A stretch of 64,000 bases of DNA from Dimorphilus gyrociliatus (Eukaryota; Animalia; Annelida): the NCBI GenBank assembly GCA_904063045.1, contig CAJFCJ010000012.1, positions 806,001 to 870,000 on the forward strand. The letters are read 5' to 3'. The position numbers were made by a program, and so were the translations under genes. The notes beneath the pieces were generated by a model. The model was not told the DNA's origin. It did not search any database and saw only the letters and a program-made list of their open reading frames with translations. Shown here one piece after another: positions 13,228-27,700 of the stretch. How positions within the stretch are numbered: the first letter of the stretch is position 1; each line of letters starts with the position of its first letter.

Positions 13228-16200
13228 TCAAACTTTTTGATTACTCTTCACTTTTCTTGGGGTTCCGGAAATAGAATGCCGAGTTTGGCTTTGATTAAGT
13301 CTGGAGGATAATGGTGGTTTGTCATTAGATTTATTACTTCCCGGGCTTTTTGTGGTAGAAATTGATGTCCTGGGAGTACCCCTTGATGAAAGGGGTGTTG
13401 ACTGGTTGCTAATAGGGCTGTACTTTGATGATGAAGTCAAGTTGGAGGCAGACCCTAGAAGGTAGAGTTTTTATAGAAAAGGACTAATAGTTTAGAAAAG
13501 ATAGCATAAATGATCTACATTTTTTTTTCGTTTATAGCTAAAATGTTTAAGGAAAATTAATTGAAATTTTGTAAAAACTGTTAAATTATACTAAATAAAA
13601 TAACAAAACAATAGGAAATTAAGAGCAGAAAGGAAACACAAACCAAACTGTCTAGAATTTTTTCGCTCATCATTCGAAAATGTTCTTTTCACAGCAATTG
13701 GAGAAGTATTAAGATTTGCGCAGGATTTCGCTAATCTTTGATTAGATGTTAGAGAAACTGGAGTAGAAAAACGTCTATTTCCACTACTTAAACTAGTTGT
13801 ACTTCCAGCACGACTTAAATTAGCTGTAATATATTGCTGTTAATTAGCATTAATGAAGCTAAAGTACACTCGATTAATTTAAGCAAATTAAGAATTCAAA
13901 TAGAAGCAATAAATAGAGTGTTTGTTAGCACATCTAAAATATAATAGAGTCTTACTAGGCGTTCCAGATCCGGAACTATACCCACTTCTCGGAGTGCTAG
14001 ATTGTCTTTTTGGAGTAAAAGATGATCTAGTCTGAGAAGAACCATTAGGAAGAACGAAACTTTCACGAAGTTCCGAAGTAATTTTATTAGCTAAAAGAAA
14101 TATAAAAGTTATAAATTTAAACTAGAATATGTTTTTGTTTATTAAAATATTAGTACAAAATAAAACTCTCTACTCACATCTGCAAGGATCATTTTGTTCT
14201 AAATATTCTGCAAGAGTGACCCATCCACCTCCTACTCGTACCATAACAGTATTGTTTAAAAATCTCACTAAGCAAATCTTTTGCTTTTCTCCAAACTGAA
14301 AGGACACGAAACGTGAAGTAATTTATAAAAAAAACAACTAATTAGTACCTTATATTTTCCATCTCCAATTTTGTCAACTCTCATAGGCCTTCTACATTGA
14401 CATCTAACTACTTGTTGTTCAATTTCATCGTGAACAAGTTCAGCATCCGTTTGACGTTTTTTCGAAAATGTTCGCTATTAATAGACATAAATAATAATTA
14501 GAAAAAAGAAATCAATAACGTTAAAAAACATTAATACACCGAATATATATAATAAGCGTTTCATATAAATAATAAAGAAATTACAATAGAATAATAATGG
14601 AGGAGAGATTCATGCTAAAATATAAAAAATTATAATAACAAAGAAATGCTCAAATTCCCACATCATTCAATATAAATATTATAGGAGTATCTAAATTCAG
14701 TCCAAACAAATAAAATATATTCCTCATTCTGATAAATCAAACCTCAAAATTTTTGTCTGTTGTTTTAACGGGAATTTTTGATTTTCTATCCTCAAACGGG
14801 GTATATAATTTACGTCTTATCATAGACAATCGTCTCTTAGTTTCCAATGTGGAATATACGAAGGATCGTCTCTTTTTTTTTAGTTATATTTTTATATTTA
14901 ACGAGATGAAAGGGAGAAAAAGAAAATAAATAATTAGAAGAGATCAAATAAAATACATAAATAAGAGATTAAACAAATAAAAACGTTGATTCTCTGAATG
15001 ATGAGTACGTTTATAAACAGTATTTAATTTATATTATCTATTAAATAAGCAATATGTCTTCTAGTTTAAACAGATTTGTAATAAATAAGACTATTTGTTC
15101 GGGTATTTTTTCTTCTATTCATTAATATTTGCTTGCTTTTAATAGAATAAATGATTATACTAACGATCCTATCAGGTCTGAGTGCCTCGATAAATTCCGT
15201 ATAATCTAATTCGCCTGAATGATCCCGATCGAAAATATCGAAAACAGCGTTCAATTCCGTTCGATTGGTAGGAAATTCTGTTAATTAGATTCATTAGAGA
15301 AGAAAGGTGATAAAATAAATAAATTTCATTACTAGAAGCCATCATTCCATCGACAAAATCTGCTTTACTTAATAAACCGTCTCCTTTTTTATCTTGTCTT
15401 CTAAAAAAGTCAGTGATCCTTAACTTTTGCGCTTTTATCCAGTTTATATATCTTTTCCTCCATAAATCAAAATCGAAATTCTTAAAGCTTTCCAACTGTA
15501 ATAATTAGATAGTTTTTTAATAATTATACTTTTCACTCTAAACGTTATTCTTTTCTATATAATAAATTACTTCTATTAATGCATCAAGGCAATCTTGTAA
15601 TCTTTTCTTTCGGTCAACTGATATTCTCCAAACGGCTCTCCACTTGTTGGCTAATAGAAGGGCTCTTTGCGATGGACTTTCCCAATCTGTATGCAACGTT
15701 TTGCTACTACCCAAAATTACTCTAACATCTCCAGAAACAGATAATTTCGTAGCTTTTTCAACTTCGGGTTGTTTCATTGACAATTCGTCATGTAATTCCT
15801 AAATAAATATTATAGAAAAAGTAAAAAGGAGAGAGTTTAAAAATATTTCAATCTGTTTAAGATTCTATTCAAACCATATGTTCTTTTAAGAGTGCCTCAA
15901 CAACTGTTAAATCTTGGGGAATTGTGTCTTTTTCTTTTGTAGCTAGGAAAGTTTGTGTCTCACTAACCCAAGCCAATAATTCGGCAACTATTGCGGCATT
16001 TCCTCGAACAGCTCTTAAAGCTTCCTGTAATCTACTTGATCTCTGAGCACATCTTGATATCGCCTGGTCCCATCTTGTACTGGTAATTGTTAGAAAATAT
16101 TTTATACAACGAACAGCATTCGGATGACAATTTTCCAAGATTCTTATTGTCATATCACGAATTCTCTCTATCTGAGCCTCCTCAGTTTTCAACTCTTCCC

Positions 16201-18686
16201 TGAGTTTCTATTATTAGAAAATATAGAAACAATTAGCGAATCAATTAAAAGAAGAAAACTTACTTCATGATTATCCATTAACGTAATAATTGCATTTTCG
16301 TCATCAGGTAAAGTTTTAAATTTTAACTCGTGCTCCACTCTAGGCAACCAATCTCGAACTTTTTGAACCGTTTCGTTTAAATCTTCAGCCTTAAATATAA
16401 AAACACAATATTTTTTATAAGGAATAGGATAAATTTTCCTATAAAAGTATTTACCATTCTAACTGCGTCTTTCAGTTTTTCAACTCTAACTCGACTTAGT
16501 GCTTTAACCCTTTTCCATGCTTCGGCAAGATCATCCAATTTTGCTTTTAAGCTTTCATCTAAATCGGGAAGAGCTTGTAATGCACTTACAACGCTTTCTT
16601 TAGTTTCGAGTTCCTCTTCGAAAGCTTTATGATGCTCAACAAGTATAGAAACAGTTTCTAAGTCGCCCATCGTTGGTTGATCAGGAGCTAGATAAGCTTC
16701 GGCTTTACTCAACCAATCTGCCAAGGACGACATTGCATCCTCAATTCGGCCCGAATTTAAAAGCGCTTCGTCCAACTTGTTTTGCCTGTTGTCATTCAAT
16801 TTTTCGTTAGATTGATTATCTGAACCTCTCAAATAGTCAAAATCATTAACAAAATGAACTTTGAAAGCAGACGGGGAAAGAATTTGGAACGTTTCATTTT
16901 GACGTCCATAGTCCTCTAAATTTTTTTCATCTACAACAATGATATTACTACTTTTAGTACTATTGTTATTGTTATCGTTGCTATTGGTGTTTTCGTTATC
17001 GTCATATTCATAAATAGTATTCAAATCGCTTGAACTATGTTTTCTGGAAAATTTCGACGGTTTAGCTAAACTAGGTGACTGGGGTAGTTTTAATAAATGT
17101 TCCTGCTTCATAGTTCCTTGTTCTTCTACTTCATTATCGTCAAAATCTCCTTCCTCGTTATCATTCTCTTTTGTATCATCGAAAACTTCTTTTATACGGA
17201 AATCTTTTTCATCAGCTTCCTTCTTATACTGCAGTATATTCTTATCAGTTTCATCTTCCCATTCAGCAATGCCTATAATCAATTATGATATTGAAAATAT
17301 CTCTAGTTTTACAATTAAAATATTAATATTAAAATTGATAATAAGCATTCCTTCTTCATCGCTATCGTTCTCTTCAGATTCGTAATCAGAAGGAGCATCT
17401 GCTTCCTCTTCTTCGAACGCATCAAGAAAGTTAAAATTTATTGGTTCATCCGATCGATTAGGGGATTTAACTATATTTTCTTATCCATTCATGGGAGAAA
17501 TCGAGGCATTAATTGACAATAGTAAATCATCAAATATTCATAAAATATGAATAGAAGTATAATGAATTACTGACATTATTGTGGTTTTCTAGAAATTTTC
17601 ATTCTTACATTGTCTGATAGTACAATCTAACAATAGAGAATAAAAATATTGGTATAAAAAATCATATAAATATATCTATATATCTAGAATATGTCTGCCT
17701 ATCATCATAATTCCTTGTAAAAATAACGTTTTCTTTACATGACTGTTCGGTAGAAAGAGGGTTTATTATCCGTCCTTAATTGGATTGAATAGGGGCGTTG
17801 TCCTCATCAATTTGATATCTAACAATTATTTACATAATTTCTATACAAATTTTTTACGCTAAGCTATTATTTATATTTCGTAAAATTCTAATTTTAGAGA
17901 TAATACATATATATATATATATATATACGTTTATACATTAACCTATAAAATGCCTATAGATACTATTAAACTTACTATAGTATACAGAGTATACACTATA
18001 AATTATCAATAAAACTTAAATTACTATTCAAATTTAGTATTATCTAATAATAATAAAAAATTATTTAATTCATACGTTCAGCCCCGATTTCCCCGTTCGT
18101 TTTATCCCCGTTGTTCATCGTCAGTTTATTATCTGTTGTACTCCATTGTTTTCGGCGGGAATTATCCATATCAGGTGAGACAACAAAGTCGTTTTTATCA
18201 GTTGAATAAATATACGCAGTATAGGATTTTTAGAAAACAAAAAAAATAACAATTTTTGTTATTTTTATCCAAAAATACCAATAAAAAAAGAACAATAACG
18301 AATAAATATTGTTTGGGAATATATTGTGGAATGAAATCGTCAATATCCGAAATCAGCACCAAAACGAACACATTTAAAATAATTCTTCTTGAAAAAAATA
18401 TATACACTTGACTATAACAATCTACTTTTCACGGCTCTCTCAGGGACTTCAATACTATTTCAGGTTCAAGTTAAACATTAAAATAGGCCTATTCAAATCA
18501 TATGGGAAATCTCTTTTTTTTTTTTTCAAACAAGAATAGTATTTATACTTCATACTATATATATATATATGTATGTACATATATATCTTGTTACTACGAA
18601 TTGTTAGCATAGATATATTGGCTAATAGAGTTAGAGATAGAGATAGAGAGGTAAGGGCAAGGGGAGGTAGGAAAAAGGAGAAAAGG

Positions 18687-18720
<34 letters not shown>

Positions 18721-21700
18721 TATATTTAAAAAAATAGACAAATTGAAAAAGGGATTTTGATAGTAAATATTCCAGGTTTAATGATCGCTTAACAACAAAG
18801 CTTTTATTTTAGGTTATATTGCAGGATCCAATTTTAAATGACATAAACCTCAATGTACTCGGCCTACTTTTACGATCAATTCAATTTTGAAACTATCTTT
18901 TATGTTACTATCTAAAAACATCCTGTCAAATTTCAACAAAAGATATCATTTTCAACTAAATGGGAGTAACTTGTGAGTATAATACGTGGCTTTATAGGCT
19001 TATAGATAACCGTTGATTCTTTCAAATTTTAAATACTAATAGTTTAAACACCATCAATTGCTTTCAAAGTTCTTAGTAAAAATGAATTACTTACCTTTGA
19101 GCAGCAATAGATCTTATTATAGACCACTTGTTTTTCAATTCTTCCAGCATAGCAGAGAGTACTTTACGTTCGGGATCTTCTTTTGTACAACGTTCCTTAA
19201 GACTTCGTCCTAATCTCATAGTCGAATAATACACAGGGTGTATAGAAGAGAGTTCGTGTTGAAAATGCTAGAGTTTGCAAGACAAGAATAAATTAATATA
19301 TTAGCAATATTATTTTTATTAATAATAATAACAATAGTTTAAAAGAGTGTCTTTAATTATCATTAACACTAAAAACATTAGCATTATTTGCATTTCAATA
19401 GCTTTAAAGAATTTAGGGGAAAATAACAGAGACTATTCTCATAATGTTCATATCAATTTAATTTCGTTAGTATCAGAAAATAAAAAGAGAAGAAAGATAA
19501 AAAGAAAAGATACATCTACGTTATGCTATTATATAAATCTATGCAACAACTCATTAATTCATCAATTCATCAATTTTCATGTAATAAGAGATAGAATAGA
19601 GTGTTTAATTAAAGCAACACATGTCAAAGTACCAAACCTTAAGGATTTTTTCGCTTTCTTTTGTGTTTTCCTGCATTTTTTGTTTTTACATATTATTGTT
19701 CTATCATTGTTTGTCTTAATGTAAAGATAAGAATAGCGAAATCGAAGAGAAAGACTTGAAAGATAGATAGACAGTAAAATATGATAATTTTATGGAATAT
19801 ATCTAATTTTTTATTATATATGACGGTCATACTTCAAGAAACAAAGGGGGAAAGATAGAGAGAGAGAGAGAGAGAGGATTAAAATAATAGAAGAATATAA
19901 GATATATATTGATAGATAGTATAAATAACATTATAATTTATAGCAAAACATTTGATATATATAGAATTTCACAATTGTCATTTTTTCTGTTATTTCGGAG
20001 ATGAAAAAGATATGATTTACATTTAGTTTTCTTTTTTTTGTGAAACTCCAATTATCAAAAATTTTCTCTTTTCAATGCGCTTAATAATCTTTGGCAACCT
20101 CTAACTATAATTTATATATAAGAGTAATATGAATAGCTTTTCTCTTTTTATGCGTATAGTAGGAATTTCTACTATATATATTGTTATACTATATATATAT
20201 AGTATAATGTCTTTTGCTGACCTTATAATAGCCGAATTTCTAATTAAATTGATTATAATTAAATATTAAAGTTTCTTTTCTACTTTGTTTAATTAATTAC
20301 TTTAATTAGATTTTGTTATAATAAATAAAAATTGTTTTATAAAACGTTACCCTTGAATCTTCTTTGCCATTTCCGCTCATTACGGATGTGTTTGATGCAA
20401 ATTGTCGTAATTTATCTTCGCTATGTATAGATATAAATAAATATATAAACTAGGTATTATATTTATGCTATTTAAGTTTTAATTACCTATCACTTATCCA
20501 ATCGCAAAGATGGCGCCACGAGTCATCAAATCTCTTGTCTTCTTGAAAAGCTTGTTGCAATCTCCTACCTCTTTCATCCGCTTTCCTAACAAGTTTTTTC
20601 CATCTCAAGCGAATTTCTATTAATAGATTCTTTACTCTAATAGTATCGGCTTTTCTACCAAAGTATTTTAAGTAAGTTCCAGATTGATCCAAATTTTGCA
20701 TCACATCTCTATGAGTTTCTATATCTCTTTTAAAAGACTAAAAAGAAGCATTCATTTAGAAATAAAATTTTGGATTTCGTTTCGAATATAAGAAAGAATT
20801 ACTAACTTCGTGCTCTAGAATCTGTTCGCCACATCTCTCAACAAGTTTACTTGGATGTTTAAGACTCTTTAAATGTAATTCAGTCTTATCTAACCATCCA
20901 GTATGAATTTCGAGATTTAAATAGAATCTTCTAACATTTTCCAGATGCTCTTCTATTTTAATACGTCTCCTTTCCGCCTTATCTCTTGTATCGTACATAC
21001 TTTTCCTTAATCTATTCATACTTTCCTTAATTTGTTTCCCATCTTTTTTGTTACACCTATCTAGAATATCGCTACCTCTTAACAAGATAGCTTCAACTTC
21101 AATATCTCTTTTGCGTAAGTTTTGAAACATTTTCTCGAAATTGGCTGCTTGTCTTTCAGCTCCTTCAAGGGTTGCACCGAGGGGAGAATTCGTCTTTAAA
21201 TTAAACCTTATTTCAGCTAATAGACGTAAGTAATCATCGACATCTCCCAAATAGCACTTTATTTCCCTGAGTGTATCTTGAAGATTATTACGTTTATTTC
21301 GAAGTTCAGATTGAACAATTTTTAGACAGTCTTTAATTTCATCCATTTTCTCCATAACTTTAGGAGATTTTTGACCAGAGCTCTTTGAAATATCATCGAT
21401 CGCCTTTTGAAGTTTTGGTAAAGTTTTTACAGTCGTTTTCAATTCGGTATCGATAATTCGTAGCTTTCTTAATTGACTTTCGATGTGTCTAGGATCTCCG
21501 TAAACATCTCCCATCTCTTGCAGATCGGCCTCCGTTTGTTGTAATTGGCCAAGTATATCATCTAAAGAGTGGTCTAATTCCCCAATTGCAACAAGAGAAT
21601 CTTTAAGTTTTCCTTCTCTATCATTTACTCCCTTTAATAAATCACTCCATCTCTTAGTTACATTCTTAACTTTTGGTTGTAGGCTTTCAGCCGTAAAAGG

Positions 21701-24700
21701 AGACATTTTTCTTAAATCTTGAGAGTATTGAATAAGATCTTGAATATCGGAACATTTCGGATAAATTTGTGCTTTTAAAACCTAAACAATATTGTTGAAG
21801 AGTTTCAGTTTAAATTATTAAAATTAAATAAATAAATAATATCAATGAACTACTTTTAATTCTTCAATTTGAATTCTAACAGAACGAGGATCAGCGGCTA
21901 TATTATCAGCCTTAGCTAGTTGATGTTCAAATTTTGGTAACCATTCCAATATGGACTAAAAGACAGTATAGAAATAATACATTATTCAATTTATTGTTAT
22001 TTTGTCTATTTAGGTTTGTTACCGCTAATAAATTCTCAAAATCATCTGCTCTTCCCAAGTTACTAGATAATTGATAATCTCGCTCGGTTAAATCGTCATT
22101 AATTGATTCCAATAAACTTTTAATTTCCTAATTTATTTTTTCAAGAAAAAATTAAGGGATTACCAATTTAATCAGAATTGAATGTGAGAATACCTCTTCA
22201 TTTTCCCTTATTTCCATTTCTCCTTCATTTCCGCATTGCTTTATTAACTTATTTGCCAAATCTTTTCGTTTCTTTATCAACTCTTTTGCTGGCATCAAAT
22301 TACTTTTAATCATTTCCAATTCTTTTTGTTGTTCTCTAAGTACGTCCGGTTCGACTGAAGGGATATCTTGAGATTGAAGATTTTCATAAATTTCAGTTAG
22401 AACTTGAATGGCTTCCAGATGAGCTTGCTGTAAAAAGTTAATAATTTTCAATAAATGTATGTTTTAGAGAGAATAAGAGAAGTTTTTCGTGTACCTGATA
22501 ATCATCCACTAGCCCGAGAGCATTCTGATACTCTTCTAATTTAGCTGAACCTTCCAGTTTTAGTTTATTCTTAAAATCTTCCAGGTCATTCAATTTCGGT
22601 ATTAAACCATCTAATGAAATGAAAAAAGGCAATTATGAGAATGATAACATCAGAGAAATTTTACTTTTCCTACCAGAGGAAGAATTCATATCTGGTTCAC
22701 CATTTGAAGCATTATCCGCCACTTGATTCTTAAGACTTGAAATTGCTTTTTCCTTTCTATCGACATCGTCCAGGATATTCTTCATGGAGGCAAAGATAAG
22801 AAAAAGTATTGCAAGCCAATCTTTTTAGTAATCATATATGAGTTTTATTTACCTTGGCTCCTAGAATTCTTTCTTTTATAGCATCAGTATTAACTGATAT
22901 TGGTTCTAAATTCAAAAGATCATTTTTAACAGAATGTAAATCTTCAGATAAATTATCCATATTGTCTGATAACTAGATAAGAAAATAGCAAAAAAACAGA
23001 CAAGTTAGTAAAAATACTAAAAGAAAACTATGTATTAAACTGACGTCATTGGCTAGTGATGACATAATATCTTCAATATCGTTTAATTTATCTCTGGTAG
23101 CTTGTTTATTTTCATTGTATCTTTTGGAGACGCTATCTAGCTCCTTTTTCAATTCAATTGCATCATCGTCAAGACAGAGTTCAATTAAATCTTGACCATC
23201 TTTCATGCAACCATCTAATAATGGTTTATTATCTTCAAAAGATTGCAATAGACTTTTAGCATTTTCGTGTACCTTCTTAACTTGATGAGGATTAGCATTC
23301 TTAATATTTTCAATATCTAGACACTTTATTTCTCCTTCAACTTCTTTTATCCAATTTTGTAAATTGGATAAAGATTCTGTAAAATGAGTAGCTAATGGAA
23401 CAGCTTCTCTCAAAGTAGATAATTTCTCGTCACTCATCTTATTAACAAGGTCACATTCCGATTGTAAAGCTGCAATTTTGTCAGCCATTTCTAACGGAGT
23501 ATCCTCCTCGGAACTTGGCGCTTCTCTGATCAATTTTGAACAAATATCAATGAGAGAATCAATAGATTTCTTTCTGTCTTGTAATTCTTTGTGTGCCTTT
23601 TCATGTTGATCCAATTGTTCTTGTAAACTTTCCGGATCAAGAGAAATAGGTTGAACAGTTTGAATATGAGTTTCTATATCTTCCAATTGATTAAGATGAT
23701 CATCAATTTGACCTGTAGCAGTTATAGCAGCGTAATGTAGCAGAAGGTCACTTAATTCATTTAATTTCGCTTGGGCAGCTGATGATGGATCAGTAATAAA
23801 TACTTCATCAAGAGTTTGCGGATCGTTCGTTAATTTTTTAACATCTCTCTTTATATTATCTATTTCGGCTTGTTTAGAATTTTTTTCCGATCTTAGCTTG
23901 TCAATTTTTTCATGACTCGGATTAGAAGATCTTTTAACCGATTTTACGATAGAAGATATCCATAAGTCAATTTTCGAACAGCCATCTAATATGGAACTGA
24001 CACTTTTTGAAAATTCTCCAACTTTTAAAATTTTGTTATCGATAGCATTATCAAGTTTATCTGCAATTTATTAAAAAGTAAGTATAGTTTTCATTTATTA
24101 AATTTATTAGACAGTTAAATATTTACCTAGTTTTTTATCCAAATGTGATACTACAATTTTTACATCTGGATTTTTAGATGAACTATCTAAAATTGCTCGT
24201 CTCTTCATACATTCCTTCTTAAGCATGGAAAGCTTTTCCTGTTCTTCAAAAAGTTTAGAAGGATCAAGACTTATTATTTCATCATTCTTAATATTTATTA
24301 TTTCATCGTCAATCCACTTTTCCATCTTTTCCAAATTGGCTTTTGAATCTCTTGATTTATTTACAATGTTTGCCAATTCTTCTTGTTTATTATCAACCGA
24401 TATTTTTAATTTATTAAACTCATCAATAATCAATTCAACATTTTCCTTAATTTCTAAACCTTTTGGTGTATTTTCACAATCTAAATCACTTAGAATTTTC
24501 AATAGGTCTGAACCAATTTTTTCAATATCCTCAACCATTTTTCCGGTTGCAAATATATCGGAAGTAACGGCTTTTAATCTTTCTAATAATTTGGCGGCAT
24601 TTCTAGCTGTTGTATCGGTTAATGAGAAGTCATTAACTTGTTTTTGCAAGCGGGGTATTCTATCCACAAGTGTATCTCGTAGTTGAATATAGCGTTCATG

Positions 24701-27700
24701 TTTCGATCCTTTAAAAATACATTCATATATTAAAAACCTTAATTAACAGATAAAGCGTAAAAAAAACAAAGGAAAAAGTTGGATGAAATCCAAAAAATTT
24801 CATTTTTTTTTTATCTAAAGTAAACAGTTTAAACTAATTAGAATTGTTTAAATTAACAAAGAATAAAACACATGTATGTAATCGGAAATGGTGAAAAGTT
24901 AAATGACACTATTCTATAAAAGTAGATAGATTAATTAAAGAATACTTAAAGCCTGGTTAAATAAGAACAACTAAAGGTAGAAGTAATATGAGTAATTTTT
25001 TTATTTACCTGCGTCAGAGAGTTCATGACTCAGTCTATTACACTGAGAAACAACATTTTCCAAAGATGAATGGGCTTTTACAATTTCATTTTCAATTATT
25101 GTCGATGCCGAAGGTGAATTGTTGTTGTTACTTTGATAGCTCTTGAAGAAAGAAAAAAAGGCAAACAACTTATTTACGACGAACGCGATTATAAGATTTT
25201 TTAATATTGGAAAATATCATTTAAAAGTAAAGAAAACATATTAATATATAAAATAAATAAATAAAACCTGATCATATTGTAAATTAATATAGAAAGAACT
25301 TGTAAAAGTTTTAGATGAGTCGCTTGCCATAATCCAAACTAATCTGGCAAAGATTAACTGCTAATTATACTCCTTATCTACATAATCCGACTAATTTTTT
25401 CATTCCGTTCTTTTCCTAACTCAATTACAAAAATGTCAAAATGTCCTACTATCGGACCGATCTAGATTTCAACAATTAAAGTTAAAACTCCTATCATTCA
25501 ATTTGTCATAAAAGAAGAATGTAAAATGTCAGTATCAATTTAAAGAATACAATAAAAGTATAGGAAATATTCATACCATTACAAATTGTGATGAAAAAAT
25601 TCGTTTAAATAGCAAAATATATCCAAATTTTAGGCTAGAAAGTAAAGTAGTAATAATATCTACTTACTACTCTTTGTATAAGAGTATATATATATAAATA
25701 TATCTATATCTGGATATATAAATATTTATATATAGTATATATTATATACTTCTCTGTCTCCGTCCATTTATATATATCTATATATATAAGTAAAAAAAAA
25801 GCAACGGTTGAAATATTGAACAAGTAAAATTTCTATACAACGCTTGGCGACGTTTTGAAAATGGAGGATTTTTCAATGCTATTCAGACTAGTCGTGACGT
25901 ACCCCCCCTTCCCCAATTATTTTGCCATAAATTATCCGTAAATTGCGTTAGATTAAAGAAATAGAACTAGGTAAGGCAATAAAAGTTGGGCTTATTTGCT
26001 CATAAGTAATAGTTTTATACATTAAAAAAGGATAAAATTGCCGGTTATTGCTTAAAAAATTATCAATCCTTTTTCAATACTAACACCTCTCTTAACAGAT
26101 TTATTAAGTTTAATATATTCTTTTTAACCATATTTTACTTTTAATATAACCGCCCTCTCCCCCTTTGTTCTTTATCTTTATATCTATCTAACTATCTATC
26201 TATATGGATATCTTGTACCCTATTTCTCTACTTTTTGTTATGAATCATATAAATTTCGTATCTTTTTCATATTATAAAGTATTTTTGAATAATAGCACTT
26301 AAATTATGTCAAAAACCCTTTTGGAGAAAAATATGAATAGTACAGTCTGGAATGAAAATAACAACTACCTTTAAACAGCCTATATTTGAACTCAAAAACA
26401 ACTTTAGTAAATCCGGATTAACCTTTTGATAATATCTTACAAAGTAAGACTTACTTTGGCCAAAGAAGAATAGGTTTTGCCCACTTTCTTAAGGGATTGA
26501 AGGTCGTTAGCTTTTTCCAAACATTCTCCACCAATACCCTAATTTGATCCAAAAAATGTTACGTAACTTCAACAAGTTTCTTTAAAATTATATAAATAAA
26601 ACAAACGTCTATAAAGTCTTGAACATCTTCGAGATGCTCCAAATCAGCACAGCATAATTTTAGTTTATTCAATTCATCTTGTTTCTTTTCACACCAAGTC
26701 AACAAATCGTTCGTGTCTTGATAAAAACGTAAACGAATTTGTTTTAAATTCTCCATGTCAGTTGATCTTAGAGCAAGTCGTTCTTGAAGCTTTTAGGAAA
26801 AGAAAGAAACTTTTACTCTTAATAGATATCAATAATAGTATCTAATATATTACATCCATAGCATTTCTTTTCAGCTCTGCCACATTGTATTGTAATTGAT
26901 GCTGATCTTTATTCTTTTCAGCCGAATCAAGATGACTTTGAGACTCTTTGATGCAATCTTCAAGCTTATTCTTCTTTTCTTCGAATTCAGAAAGGACGCC
27001 CTGTAATATACTTTCCTGTTTCTCCTCCTCTATTGTTGTCAGAGGGGCATCTTTAATTTCATCTAGGGCATCTTTTAAACCATTAAGCCAATTTAGCCAA
27101 GCTTTGGTTTCAGACACATTTCTAGCAGTAGCACCTTCTTCTACGACAACTACTCTACCACTTTTCGAATCAATCTTTAATTTTGAATTTTTGTCTACTT
27201 CACATTTTTCAAGAGCTTCTTTTAATGGCATTTGACGACCGTCGGGTAGAGTAATTATAATATCACCGGCTTTTTCATTGTTAATAATATCACTAATCAC
27301 AACAGTTTTCTCTACTAAATCGCCAGGTTTTATCTGGGGTTGAATTAAACCTGCTCTTATAGCTTGTTCAAGAGACAGAGAGTCACCAGTTTTGGGATCA
27401 TAATATTTTTTCAATTGGGTATCTAAACGTCTGTCGTCAACAAGAGACCCTAAACTTACAACTCCAGTATTCTGATCCATAACAAAAACATTTTTAGGAT
27501 CAATAGAATCCTTAAAGCTATGATCTTCAAAGTTCAATTTTTTGGCAACAGCTTCTAAAGGGCTTTCAGTGTCAGATACCGGTTTAGTTCTTTTCATATA
27601 ATCGTTTAGAGAATTTTTAGCGGCAACGTCTAATAGTTTTAATCCAGTTTTTTGAGAAATTTTCCCCTCTTTAATGGCTTGGTGAATAGGTATATTTTTA

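Noticed and set aside
24225-27235. Plus-strand ORFs 24225-24686 and 26948-27235 (also 17097-17288)
   Set aside because: Antisense shadows of real spectraplakin exons.
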